A stretch of 64,000 nucleotides of DNA from Nostoc sp. T09. Lineage in GTDB: Bacteria; Cyanobacteriota; Cyanobacteriia; Cyanobacteriales; Nostocaceae. Below, piece by piece: positions 29,034 to 38,721 of this stretch. The first letter of the stretch is position 1. Every line of letters begins with the position of its first letter. The stretch lies in NCBI RefSeq assembly GCF_002154695.1, contig NZ_MTAV01000210.1, positions 7,528 through 71,527 of the forward strand, written 5' to 3'. The notes under the pieces were generated by a model. That model did not search any database and was not told where the DNA came from. It worked only from the letters and a program-made list of their open reading frames with translations. The position numbers and the translations under genes are program-made.

Positions 29034-30367
29034 GTGAGCCACTAGCTTTCAGCCTGAGAGCGAATATACTGCTCTATTTGCAGTAACACAGAATCATACT
29101 CATCATTTAGGAAACTTCTGGTAATGATTTTGCATTTTTAAAATTTGTAATCTTAATTACAGTAATTTATATAACTGATTAGAAAAATTGATTTAGCATC
29201 CAAGTAATGTGGTTTACTTTTGCAGATCAGTTAACTACCATAATTAGTTGGGGATATTTTGTTAACTGCATCCTAGCCTATGGGTAAGTAGCCAGTTCTA
29301 ATAAAACAAGTTTCACCGCCAAGTATGAAATTTGACTGGGGACTGGGATTTTAATTCAGCATTCAGTACTCAGCACTTTCAAGTGAGGTGGTATTAAAGC
29401 AAAGTATGTAATGTTTTGTCATAGCCAAGGGTAAAATTTCCTCCATTCTCCTTTACCCATGCCAAAGCAGCTATAGTTATTTAGGCTCATCTACTTATGT
29501 ACTTATATAACTGGAGGTACCTTAGACTTCACAATCAAGAGCTACTTGATATAAGACTCAAAACAAACCTGAGTCTTTTTGGCATTTTGGCAGGATTTTG
29601 AGTTTTTTTCAGGATAGTCTCTTTATAGAAACTAAATTGAGCAATTACCACAATAGTCTATGAACAATTGATTTAGCTGGCAGTACCGATATTCAATGCT
29701 TGTTAATCAGATAGACAAATCTTATGTGGTGAGGAATTGAAATTAAAAATAAAATTAACAACATTAAAAACAAAATATTTCTAGCTACTGTTCTAAAATA
29801 CTGCTGAAATTTGTATAATCCAATCGCTTAAACAAGGATTTAGAATTATGTTTCTACAGCCTATGTATTATAAAGTGATAATTTTTTACAAATCTTCTTG
29901 CTCTTCCTGGGATAAATACTGATGGTAAAAAATAATGTAGATTCCAGGTTTTTGCAGGGTAGCTATTGGCGAAGATAATAAAACAGGAGAAAATTAGATA
30001 CAGATATAGCAAATTCTCAATGGAAATTACAGAAAGAGATTTTTGCTCAAAATCTAGTCTAGGTCGCTCCTCGGGCAAACTGCCCACGCTACTGCTTACC
30101 ACATAGGAGAATCACCGTATAAGGGATTTCCCTGTGTAGCTAAGTTACTCACTTGCTCTCGTAGAATTGAGGTGAGTAAGATGTAACTGACGTCAATAAA
30201 TCATTGTCCTGGTTCATCCTTTAGTTCACACCCAAATTCTCTAGATAAAATTCTAAATTCACCAAAATTACAGCCCAAGGACAGCAGTAAATTGGTGCTA
30301 ATTTCTTCGCCCTATTTGAGAGTAGGAAAAATTAAACATTATAGGCAGTATAGTTAGAAAATTTATT

Positions 30368-31561
30368 ATGGAACATATTTCACAACTGGCGGCAAATGTT
30401 AGAGAAAAAACTGCCTTTCCAGATATTCTAGTTATAACTCGGAGCTTTCTGCCGAAAGAGGCTGTAATTAGTGAATACGTATATAATCGTTGTCTCCAAG
30501 ATCCAGAGCGGGTAATTGTTCTAGCTGCTGGTTGCTCAGGCGATAAAGTATTTGATCAAGCTCAAAAATTTCCCATATACCGTTGGCCAATGACTAGAGA
30601 TTGGAGTTTTTTCAATCCTTTACTCAATCTCATATATTCATTTGTACTAGCAATCAAACTATATTTTCGCTATCACTATCGCTATATTGAATGGGGACAC
30701 GGCTACGACTTTCCATCACTTTTGCTCCTAAGCTTTTTCTTACCTATTCGCTTTTTTATCTATCTTCACGGTAATGATATTCTTTGTGGTTTACGCAATC
30801 CTTTATGGCGATCGCTATTTAAATTGACACTTAAACGAGCTGAAGGGATTATTTGTAACAGTTCCTTTACACAAGATTATCTCAGAGCTAGGTTTCGATT
30901 GGATACCCCTACCCACGTAATTAACCCGATGGTTAGGCCAGAGAAATTTAGCCAAGTAACAAGTCAAGGTAATCTCGGTGATTTACGTGCAAGTGTGCGC
31001 CAAATGTACAACATTCCGGAGACAGCAGTAGTTATTCTCTCGGTGGGACAGCTTGTTAAGCATAAAAGCTTTAACCGTGTAATTGATAATTTGCCTTTAC
31101 TATTGACTGTTGGGGTCGATGTCCACTACATAATCTGTGGACAAGGCCCTTGTGAATCGGAACTTAAATCTCTGGCACATCGCTTGCGGGTTGATCAAAG
31201 AGTACACTTTGCTGGATACGTACCCGATCGCGAATTAGCTGGCTATTATGCAGCCTGCGATATATTTGCCATACTCAATCTCCAGGATACGAAAGCTAGC
31301 AATATAGAGGGTTTTGGCATCGTTTACCTAGAGGCGAGTTACTTTGGTAAACCTGTGATTGCTTCTCGTTTAGGTAGTGTCATAGATGCAATTCAGCACG
31401 AAGAGAACGGCATATTGGTTAACCCTAATTCTGGCTATGAAGTTTTTCAAGCTTTCAATCGCTTGTGTAAAGACCAGTCATTACGCGAACAACTCGGTCG
31501 TAAAGGTAAAGAATTAGCCAAACGCAAAACCTTTCACCGTTCGCTATACAAGTTGGAATGA
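30368..31561 (+). CDS. glycosyltransferase family 1 (GT4-type)
   Basis: 397 aa. C-terminal half has the GT1 signature (ICGQGP...HFAGYV...EGFGIVYLEASYFGKPVIASRLGSVIDAIQHEENGILVNP). Confidence 0.8.
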   Translation: MEHISQLAANVREKTAFPDILVITRSFLPKEAVISEYVYNRCLQDPERVIVLAAGCSGDKVFDQAQKFPIYRWPMTRDWSFFNPLLNLIYSFVLAIKLYFRYHYRYIEWGHGYDFPSLLLLSFFLPIRFFIYLHGNDILCGLRNPLWRSLFKLTLKRAEGIICNSSFTQDYLRARFRLDTPTHVINPMVRPEKFSQVTSQGNLGDLRASVRQMYNIPETAVVILSVGQLVKHKSFNRVIDNLPLLLTVGVDVHYIICGQGPCESELKSLAHRLRVDQRVHFAGYVPDRELAGYYAACDIFAILNLQDTKASNIEGFGIVYLEASYFGKPVIASRLGSVIDAIQHEENGILVNPNSGYEVFQAFNRLCKDQSLREQLGRKGKELAKRKTFHRSLYKLE

Positions 31562-31680
31562 GGGAGTGTGGGGGACAAGGGAGTGTGGGGAGTGTGGGAG
31601 AGGGTGGGGAGAAATAATTAATAAATCTTGCCCATTGCCTTTTGACAAATGACCACTTTTCCCAGTCACGATAAACTGAT
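31562..31680. repeat. G-rich heptamer-like repeats plus a shared ~90-bp dispersed element (gggagtgtgggagagggtggggagaaat...taataaatcttgc...ttaccttttga.aaatgac)
   Basis: Near-copy at 62690-62830 and a related G-rich tract at 38032-38124. All sit in gene-end intergenic spacers. Confidence 0.55.
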
Positions 31681-31893
31681 TTACCCGCCACCAACAATGG
31701 TGACAACTTCTAAGCGATCGCCTTGTTGCACATTTGTTTGAATCCAAAATTGGCGGTGTAAAATCTCGCCATTATACTCCACTGCTACTAAGCGGGGATT
31801 GAAACCAAGTTCTTGGAGTAAGTCTGGTAAAGGAGTTTGGGATGAACAGGTATGGCTCTCCCCATTTACCTGAACTGTAATCTGATTAGACAT
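31681..31893 (-). CDS. thiS: thiamine biosynthesis sulfur-carrier protein ThiS
   Basis: 70 aa ending in the GG carboxy terminus (…RLEVVTIVGGG*), immediately downstream of thiE. Confidence 0.8.
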   Translation of the reverse strand: MSNQITVQVNGESHTCSSQTPLPDLLQELGFNPRLVAVEYNGEILHRQFWIQTNVQQGDRLEVVTIVGGG

Positions 31894-31993
31894 AAGCTGT
31901 CAAAATTCATTAAAAGCAATTGAGAAGATTGAGAAAATTCTGAGCAGCAAAAGCTACTACTCAGAACTTTAGCGATTTTAAATTTTAAATTGT

Positions 31994-33112
31994 TTAAGGC
32001 TCTGGTTTAATGCGATTCAATTGCGAGAGCAAATATTGTGTCACTAAGGTGGGTTGTTCTGCTTGCATGAGCGATCGCACCACTGCTACACGTTCTGCAC
32101 CAGCATCAATCACGTCATTGATATTATTTGCATCTATTCCTCCAATCGCAAACCAGGGAATAGGAGAATTTTTGGCAGCAAAACTGACATATTCTAAGCC
32201 AGCTGCTGGCTTACCTGCCTTTGTTGGCGTTTCATAAACTGGCCCCACACCAATATAATCAGCACCTTGAGCTATTGCTTCTTGCATTTCCTCTAAATTT
32301 GTAGTGGAACGTCCTATGAGGCGATGGGAACCGAGTAATTGTCTGGCGATGTCAATGGGCATATCTTGCTGTCCCAGATGTACGCCATCTGCATCTACTG
32401 CTAAAGCCAGGTCTACACGGTCATTGATAATAAAAAGAGCGCCATAGAGCTGGCATAGCTGTCGCAGTTTTTTAGCTTGTTCTAGACGGACAGCATCATC
32501 AGCAGTTTTGTCACGATATTGTAACAGAGTCAATCCACCTTTGAGTGCAGCTTCAACCGTTGTCAACAGATTTTCTGACGGTGAGGTAACCAGATACAGG
32601 CGCGATCGCCACAGCAGTTGATGACGTTGATAACCTAATAAATTGCTTTCTAGGGTATAAACTTGATACCGCATCTGCTTAAATGCTTTACCCATCTCAG
32701 AATGATGAAGCTTGCCATATTCTTCCAGCACCCGCATTGCTTCTTGCACTCGACAAAAGTTAGCTTGCAATAAGGCTTTAATGCTAGTGCGTTGCTCCTC
32801 TTGTGGATGCGTTAGTTCTGTCCCTGCGTCCCCTGGTGTATCTCGCGCTGCTCTCAGTTCAGCTGTATGCCAGTGAGCTATCTCTTGTCGCAGACGCTTG
32901 CATTCCCCAGTCAACTGAGCATTATTTAATCCAAAGCGACACCATTCCTCGATAATTCGCAAACCCTCACGAGCGCGGTCTAAATTAGCATCTAAAATGC
33001 GGTAAACCACTTGCTGCATCTGCTCTGTTTGGCTGTATGGCTCGACCATTACAACAACCCCATTCCTGCTTTCATCAAAAGACGGAAAATCAATTATTCT
33101 AGTAATTGTCAT
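31994..33112 (-). CDS. thiE: thiamine-phosphate synthase (ThiE) with the cyanobacterial-type N-terminal extension
   Basis: C-terminal TIM-barrel ThiE motifs (FIINDRVDLALAVDADGVHLGQQDMP...ADYIGVGPVYETPTK...PWFAIGGI). The ~150-aa N-terminal domain is as in other cyanobacterial ThiE proteins. Confidence 0.85.
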   Translation of the reverse strand: MTITRIIDFPSFDESRNGVVVMVEPYSQTEQMQQVVYRILDANLDRAREGLRIIEEWCRFGLNNAQLTGECKRLRQEIAHWHTAELRAARDTPGDAGTELTHPQEEQRTSIKALLQANFCRVQEAMRVLEEYGKLHHSEMGKAFKQMRYQVYTLESNLLGYQRHQLLWRSRLYLVTSPSENLLTTVEAALKGGLTLLQYRDKTADDAVRLEQAKKLRQLCQLYGALFIINDRVDLALAVDADGVHLGQQDMPIDIARQLLGSHRLIGRSTTNLEEMQEAIAQGADYIGVGPVYETPTKAGKPAAGLEYVSFAAKNSPIPWFAIGGIDANNINDVIDAGAERVAVVRSLMQAEQPTLVTQYLLSQLNRIKPEP

Positions 33113-33286
33113 TTATTAAATTGCTATTTTTACTAGAAATTTACTATGCACTCAAAACGTAAGAGTAGCAAGGATTCTATCAAATTAGCAGATATACGTG
33201 TCGGTTCAGACAAAGGTAGTTAAAGGCTACAGTTCAGCACTCGCATTAGCCAGCAGTTCTATAGCAAGCGACAAGCGTATAAAGGG

Positions 33287-34412
33287 TTGGGGAGAAGTGA
33301 CACCCCAGAAAATCACCAATGGGCAAATCAAATAGCAGCACGGATACAAGCTGACATTGATCATCCAGATGGCGGTTTCTTTGACCCCACACTAGCTAAG
33401 TATCTGGAAATTAAGCAATTAACCACAATTACCCAGTTACGCAATCTTAAACAACCACCTAAGCTTGGGGAATTATGGCATGAGTTTGTTGGCTGGAAAT
33501 TGCAAACAAAGCAGATCCAAAAAACTACCTACAAAAAAAATTGTATTGTTTATACCAACTTTATTAAGGACTTTTTAGACTATAGCCTAAATCTTGATAC
33601 TGCCAACAACTTAATTAAATATTTATTAGTAAAACAAAGTAACTGTCAACAAATTAAAAAGCTGTTTGGTTTGCTGAGTAATATGTGTCAACGTGCTACA
33701 AGTAATCAGCGATTAACACTAGATTATTTCCAAGAAGGAAAAAAGACTTATACTGTAACGAAAAAGTCTCAACAACTATTGAGAAGATTATAGGGCTTAT
33801 AGCGTCCAAGAAAGAGATTTAATCATTGAATCTTTCAGAAATTCTGAGCAAGCCTCTATCTGACATGGTGTTGATTTAATCGAGTTTCTATTTCTTACTG
33901 GTTGTAGACATGGTGAAGTGTGAGCTTTGAAGTGGAAAAATATTCAATTAGAGCAAGGGTGGATAATTTTTAAAGAATCCTTTGATAGCAGTACTGGAAT
34001 TACTAAAAATGCAAAAAATAATGTGTATAAGCTATTTAAAATGCAAGGAATAAGTAAGCTAATTAATCTATTGAAAAGATTATATAAAAGTAGCAAAAAA
34101 GAAAATTAATTAATTTTTAGAACTATCTTTGGTAAGCAATATTCAAGTAATACACTTACGGATATATGGACAGGTAACACTGTCGAGATTAGAGGTAAAG
34201 TCTACCACTATCCTGGGGTGGTAAAGAAATTAGCACAAGAAAGAAAATTAGAATATTTAAAACCATATTCTACACGTTACACTTTTATCAGCATCCAAGC
34301 TAATAATGAAGTTGACTTAAAGCTACTCGCTAATAGTTGTGGTAATAGCGTAGAGCATATTATTAAACATTACCTACAATTCGATAATAATGCCAGGTTG
34401 AAAGATATCTAA
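33287..34412 (+). pseudogene. decayed tyrosine recombinase / phage-type integrase (three ORF fragments with in-frame stops and frameshifts)
   Basis: Fragment 1 (33287-33793) is an N-terminal SAM-like domain. 33880-33960 encodes IEFLFLTGCRHGEV*ALKW, the box-I TGxRxxE motif with a stop. Fragment 3 (34218-34412) carries the catalytic tail (STRYTFISIQAN...VEHIIKHYLQF, with R and Y). An alternative TTG start is used. Confidence 0.6.
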
Positions 34413-34469
34413 GAAGATTTATTTCTGATGCAGAAAAACTAGATAGGATTCATACTTAATTCTTGAAAT

Positions 34470-34680
34470 ACACGTATGGGAGCCACCAAGTTTGTAGAGG
34501 CCCGTAGACGCGTTCGCGGAGTGTTGCCTCAGGCTAGGACGGCGTCCCGCAGCGTAGCAAGTGGTGAGTCTAGTCCTGTTCAGCGCAGCGTTCCCGTTCA
34601 CCTACGCTTAAGCAAGCTACGCATAGCGTCTCCGCAGGAGAAGGGTTGGTGGAAAACCTGCCATAGGTAACACAACGGCA
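34470..34680. mobile_element. MITE-like element (third copy of the gtagacgcgttcgcggag family)
   Basis: gtagaggcccgtagacgcgttcgcggagtgttgcctcaggctagg...ctacgcatagcgtctccgcagg is an internal long inverted repeat related to the 27107-27250 copy. Confidence 0.5.
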
Positions 34681-35059
34681 TTTTTAAAGGACTGGGCAAC
34701 AAAACTCCAAGCTAGGGCTTCATTAGTACGATTTTTAGCGATCGCTCCCTACAAAGCCAGGAAATTTTACCTAGTACCACCTGTTAGAGAAAAAAGACTC
34801 TTAAAGATCAGCTATTAGCTTGATAGGTTCTTTTTAAAAGCCATGAACCTAATTATGATGATGTGATAAAAATTTAAAAATTCTTTAGCCGAAGTAGTTT
34901 GAATTGCCTAGCAAACTGTTAAAATCACCATATTCTCTATCGAGAATATGCAGTTTTCCTCTTGCCTTTTACCAGGAATACCTGCAATTATCTTATATAC
35001 CATGTATGTATACGGTATTTCTATAGAATAACCGTAGTTTTTATAGAGGAGGATCTGGA

Positions 35060-36202
35060 ATGAGTCTGTGGCCGCGCCCCCTGAAACGATCGCAACTGAG
35101 TATTGAGCGAATAATCACTCGATTCAGGTTAAATTCGCTTAAAGGCTTTGTATCGTTATTTTTGGCAGGGACATTATTGAGTGTGGCCCTTGCCGCCTGC
35201 TCTGGTGGAAATAGTAGTAATTCTGCCAGTGAAACCCCTGCCGCTAGTCCTGTTGCCGCCAACAAACAAAATGTAGAATTAACTCTTGTTTCCTTTGCTG
35301 TCACCAAAGCAGCGCACGAAGCTGTTATTCCTAAATTTGTAGAAAAATGGAAACAAGAACATAACCAAACTGTTAGCTTCAAGCAAAGCTACGGGGGATC
35401 TGGTTCTCAAACTCGTGCTGTGATCGATGGTTTAGAAGCAGACGTTGTTCATTTAGCGCTGGCAGGAGATACAGAAAAAATTCAAAAGGCGGGATTAATT
35501 GAGGCGGGATGGGAGAAGGAAGCCCCTAATAATGCTATTGTTACGAAAACTGTAGCAGCATTAGTAACTCGCCCAGGCAACCCTAAAGGTATCAAAACTT
35601 GGGCTGATTTAGGCAAAGATGGAGTTAAATGGATTACGGCCGATCCTAAAACATCAGGGATTGCTAGGTGGAATTTTCTGGCGCTATGGAATTCTGTGAT
35701 TAAAACTGGTGGGGATGACGCTAAAGCCACGGAATTTGTCACCAAAGCTTACAAAAACGTACCTGTTTTGACAAAAGATGCGCGTGAAGCTACTGATACC
35801 TTTGCCAAGCAAGGTCAGGGAGACGCCTTAATCAACTATGAAAACGAAATTATCTTGGCACAACAAAAAGGTGAAAAGGTTGAGTATGTTGTTCCTGATG
35901 TAAATATCTCCATTGATAATCCCATCGCCATAGTAGATAAGAACGTTGATAAGCACGGTACTCGTGAAGTCGCTGAAGCATTTGTTAAATATCTTTACAC
36001 TCCCGAAGCTCAACAGGAGTTTGTCAAAGTAGGATTCCGTCCTGTAGATGAGACACTAGCCCAAAGTAAGGAAGTTACAGACAAATATACTAAGGTCAAA
36101 ACGCTGGGTACAGCTCAAGACTTGGGAGGTTGGGATGAAATTGATAAGAAATTCTTCGCTGATGGCGGGGTTTTCGATAAAATTCAAGCCCAGAAGAAAT
36201 AA
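35060..36202 (+). CDS. sbpA: sulfate/thiosulfate ABC transporter substrate-binding lipoprotein
   Basis: AGGAGG SD 9 bp upstream. Lipobox (LAACSGG). Family pattern (FAVTKAAHEAV...SYGGSGSQTRAVIDGLEADVVHLALAGD) and genomic context with cysT/cysW. Confidence 0.85.
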   Translation: MSLWPRPLKRSQLSIERIITRFRLNSLKGFVSLFLAGTLLSVALAACSGGNSSNSASETPAASPVAANKQNVELTLVSFAVTKAAHEAVIPKFVEKWKQEHNQTVSFKQSYGGSGSQTRAVIDGLEADVVHLALAGDTEKIQKAGLIEAGWEKEAPNNAIVTKTVAALVTRPGNPKGIKTWADLGKDGVKWITADPKTSGIARWNFLALWNSVIKTGGDDAKATEFVTKAYKNVPVLTKDAREATDTFAKQGQGDALINYENEIILAQQKGEKVEYVVPDVNISIDNPIAIVDKNVDKHGTREVAEAFVKYLYTPEAQQEFVKVGFRPVDETLAQSKEVTDKYTKVKTLGTAQDLGGWDEIDKKFFADGGVFDKIQAQKK

Positions 36203-36213
36203 AAATTAGTTAT

Positions 36214-36296
36214 TTGTCATTGGTCATTGGTCATTGGTCAAATGACAACTGACAACTGACAACTGACAACTGACAACTGACCACTGACTATTGACA
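36214..36296. repeat. STRR-type heptanucleotide tandem repeats arranged as an inverted pair ((cattggt)3-4 then (caactga)5)
   Basis: ttgtcattggtcattggtcattggtcaaatgacaactgacaactgacaactgacaactgaccactgacta. The two heptamer families are reverse complements of one another. Lies between sbpA and cysT. Confidence 0.85.
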
Positions 36297-37166
36297 ATGA
36301 CTCTATCTCCTTCTTTTGAAGCTGACGGTAAAACTCCCGCCTGGAAAGGATTACTGCAAAAGTTGCGTCAAATTCCCTGGACTTGGCGCATTACTTTGGG
36401 ATACCTCACAGTTATGTTGTTCATCCCCATAACAGCGATGTTTCTCAAAGCCAGTACAGAAACGCCAGCCAGATTTTGGGCGATCGCTACTAGTGATGTC
36501 GCCCTTGCGACATACAATGTAACTTTTCTTACTTCATTATCTGCTGCTTTGCTCAATGGGGTATTTGGGACTCTGATTGCTTGGGTATTGGTGCGTTATG
36601 ACTTCCCGTTAAAACGCATCATTGATGCCACCGTAGATTTACCGTTTGCTTTGCCAACATCGGTAGCAGGTTTAACACTAGCAACAGTGTACAGTAATAA
36701 TGGTTGGATTGGTTCACTATTAGCACCACTGGGGATTAAGGTATCTTTCACTCGTTTGGGCGTATGGGTAGCAATGATCTTCATTTCGCTACCGTTTATA
36801 GTGCGGACAGTGCAACCTGTGCTGCAAGAAATGGAACACGAAATTGAAGAAGCCGCCTGGTCTTTAGGTGCTTCCCAATGGCAGACTTTTTGGAAAGTTA
36901 TCTTACCACCTTTATTTCCCACAATTCTGACTGGTGTAGCCTTGGGTTTCTCGCGTGCAGTTGGGGAGTATGGCTCTACTGTAATTATCTCTTCTAATAC
37001 ACCCTACCAAGATTTAATTGCACCTGTATTGATTTTTCAACGGCTAGAACAGTACGACTATTCTGGTGCAACTGTCATTGGCGTAGTTTTATTGGCAATT
37101 TCCTTAGTACTACTTCTAGCAATTAATTTCTTACAAGCCTGGTCAAGAAGATATGACAGTAAATGA
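36297..37166 (+). CDS. cysT: sulfate ABC transporter permease CysT
   Basis: 6-TM permease with EAA loop ([21 protein letters not shown]). Start taken at ATG 36297 because the track ORF begins at TTG 36291. The last 14 nt overlap cysW. Confidence 0.85.
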   Translation: MTLSPSFEADGKTPAWKGLLQKLRQIPWTWRITLGYLTVMLFIPITAMFLKASTETPARFWAIATSDVALATYNVTFLTSLSAALLNGVFGTLIAWVLVRYDFPLKRIIDATVDLPFALPTSVAGLTLATVYSNNGWIGSLLAPLGIKVSFTRLGVWVAMIFISLPFIVRTVQPVLQEMEHEIEEAAWSLGASQWQTFWKVILPPLFPTILTGVALGFSRAVGEYGSTVIISSNTPYQDLIAPVLIFQRLEQYDYSGATVIGVVLLAISLVLLLAINFLQAWSRRYDSK

Positions 37167-38031
37167 GCCAAGGTTTCACTCATCTACGGCTGCTGATAAA
37201 CCTACAGTCAACCCCAAACAAACTAAAAGTTGGGTACCAACACTTTTAATTGGGATTGCGATCGCCTATTTAGCTTTAGTTCAATATATCCCAGCAATCA
37301 ACGTTTTTATCCAAGCCTTCGGTAAAGGGGTTGGCCCCTTCTTTGCTAACTTATCCAAACCCGCCTTTCTCCATGCAGCTTGGCTGACGCTAATACTAGC
37401 GGTGATAGCTGTGCCGATCAATGCAGTTTTTGGACTTTGTGCAGCTTGGGCGATCGCTCGTCATAATTTTCCTGGTAAGGCTGTAGTCTTAAGTATTATT
37501 GACCTACCCTTTTCGATCTCGCCCGTAGTTGCTGGATTAATGATTGTGTTGCTATATGGGCGAAATGGCTGGTTTGGCCCTTGGCTGCAAGGGCATGATA
37601 TCCAAATTATCTTTGCCTTTCCTGGTATGGTATTGGCTACCGCGTTCGTGAGTATGCCCTTTGTCGCTAGAGAAGTAATTCCTGTTTTAGAAGAGTTTGG
37701 CAAGGATCAAGAAGAAGCAGCAAGAACACTCGGCGCAAACGATTGGCAAACATTTTGGCGCGTCACCCTACCCAGTATTCGCTGGGGTTTACTCTACGGC
37801 TTAATTTTAACCAATGCTAGAGCAATGGGCGAATTTGGCGCGGTTTCAGTAGTATCTGGCAATATTGCTGATAAAACCCAGAGCTTACCACTATTTGTTG
37901 AAGATGCTTACAAACAGTATGAAACTGAAGCTGCATTTTCCGCCGCTGTACTGTTAGCGCTACTAGCAGTAGTCACTTTGGTGTTGAAAGAGATTTTAGA
38001 ACGCAAAACCCGCATTAAGGATGTGGATTGA
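37153..38031 (+). CDS. cysW: sulfate ABC transporter permease CysW
   Basis: Paralogue of CysT with EAA loop ([21 protein letters not shown]); overlaps cysT. Confidence 0.85.
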   Translation: MTVNEPRFHSSTAADKPTVNPKQTKSWVPTLLIGIAIAYLALVQYIPAINVFIQAFGKGVGPFFANLSKPAFLHAAWLTLILAVIAVPINAVFGLCAAWAIARHNFPGKAVVLSIIDLPFSISPVVAGLMIVLLYGRNGWFGPWLQGHDIQIIFAFPGMVLATAFVSMPFVAREVIPVLEEFGKDQEEAARTLGANDWQTFWRVTLPSIRWGLLYGLILTNARAMGEFGAVSVVSGNIADKTQSLPLFVEDAYKQYETEAAFSAAVLLALLAVVTLVLKEILERKTRIKDVD

Positions 38032-38145
38032 GTTGGGATTGGGAATGAGGAAGTAGGGGGAGTGTGGGGGGACAAGGAAGCAGAGGAAGCAGAGGAAGAA
38101 GAAATGACTGTTGACTATTGACTTTTGACTCTGGATAAATGGCAA

Positions 38146-38400
38146 ATGACAAATCAAATTAAACGAATTAGGGTAAGAATCCCAAAGGACTATCACCAAG
38201 AACCTGTAATTTCTCGCTTAGTTTCTGACTATGGTCTGATTGTTAATATTACTGCGGCTATTTTGGGAGCTAATGCTGTTGGTGATGGTTGGTTTGACCT
38301 GGAATTACAAGGAACAGATGCACAAATTGAAAGCGCATTAAATTATCTCCAGGAGTTATCTTTGCAAATCTGGGATGAGACAAACACAGCTAATTGGTAA
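38146..38400 (+). CDS. NIL-domain protein (small ferredoxin-like domain found with sulfate/methionine ABC transporters)
   Basis: 84 aa (MTNQIKRIRVRIPKDYHQEPVISRLVSDYGLIVNITAAILGANAVGDGWFDLELQGTDAQIESALNYLQEL) has the NIL motif and is the last gene of the sbpA-cysTW operon. The track ORF starts at an upstream TTG. Confidence 0.6.
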   Translation: MTNQIKRIRVRIPKDYHQEPVISRLVSDYGLIVNITAAILGANAVGDGWFDLELQGTDAQIESALNYLQELSLQIWDETNTANW

Positions 38401-38475
38401 GGTTATTTAAGTCTCTTGTGATAGTGATTGTATAGTCTAGCAATCCTCTATAATTTGTGAAAATTCACTCGTTAC

Positions 38476-38508
38476 AGATCCCCGATTTCTTTAAGAAATC
38501 GGGGATCT
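38476..38508. repeat. 33-bp perfect palindrome agatccccgatttctt-t-aagaaatcggggatct (copy 1), followed by aaTTTTTc
   Basis: 16-bp arms. Acts as the likely terminator of the cys operon. A near-identical copy at 42523-42555 differs by one compensatory base pair. Confidence 0.8.
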
Positions 38509-38721
38509 AATTTTTCATGCATGACACCAATTTGATTTCCCGCAATGGTTTCAGTGTCAGGTTTTGGGTTTGGTAAAAATGGATAAACTCGAGCTTAGAA
38601 TTCAGTATGAATTATGTATGATTGGTGTATTAAATAAACTTGGAATATACACATCATTAATGTTGAGGTAAAAGTAGTTTCGTAGTCAGGACTAAAGTGC
38701 TGGCTACGAACTCATCAAAAG

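Noticed and set aside
28560-29060. RNase P RNA, tmRNA or 6S RNA in the structured intergenic segment
   Set aside because: Local matches to RNase P P10/11-like strings (GGUAACGCC, ACAGAAAC) are on opposite strands and not collinear with the bacterial type-A consensus. There is no tRNA-like 3' end or tag ORF for tmRNA. It is left as an unassigned structured region.
29854-30102. 82-aa minus-strand ORF in the AT-rich spacer upstream of the GT1 gene
   Set aside because: Very AT-rich, Ile/Phe/Tyr/Ser-dominated composition, no SD, and no homology clues. It is most likely a chance ORF in promoter DNA.
31455-31747. ORFs 31455-31706 and 31544-31747 (minus) spanning the G-rich repeat between GT1 and thiS
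   Set aside because: They read through the heptamer/dispersed-repeat tract (P/H/S-rich translation), and one overlaps the 3' end of the GT1 gene. They are repeat-derived artefacts.
33120-35060. tRNA or tmRNA gene as the attachment site of the decayed integrase
   Set aside because: I scanned both flanks for tRNA hallmarks (GTTCGA(A/G)TC T-loop, CCA-proximal acceptor complement). No clover-leaf candidate was found; the only structured DNA is the MITE-like element at 34470-34680.
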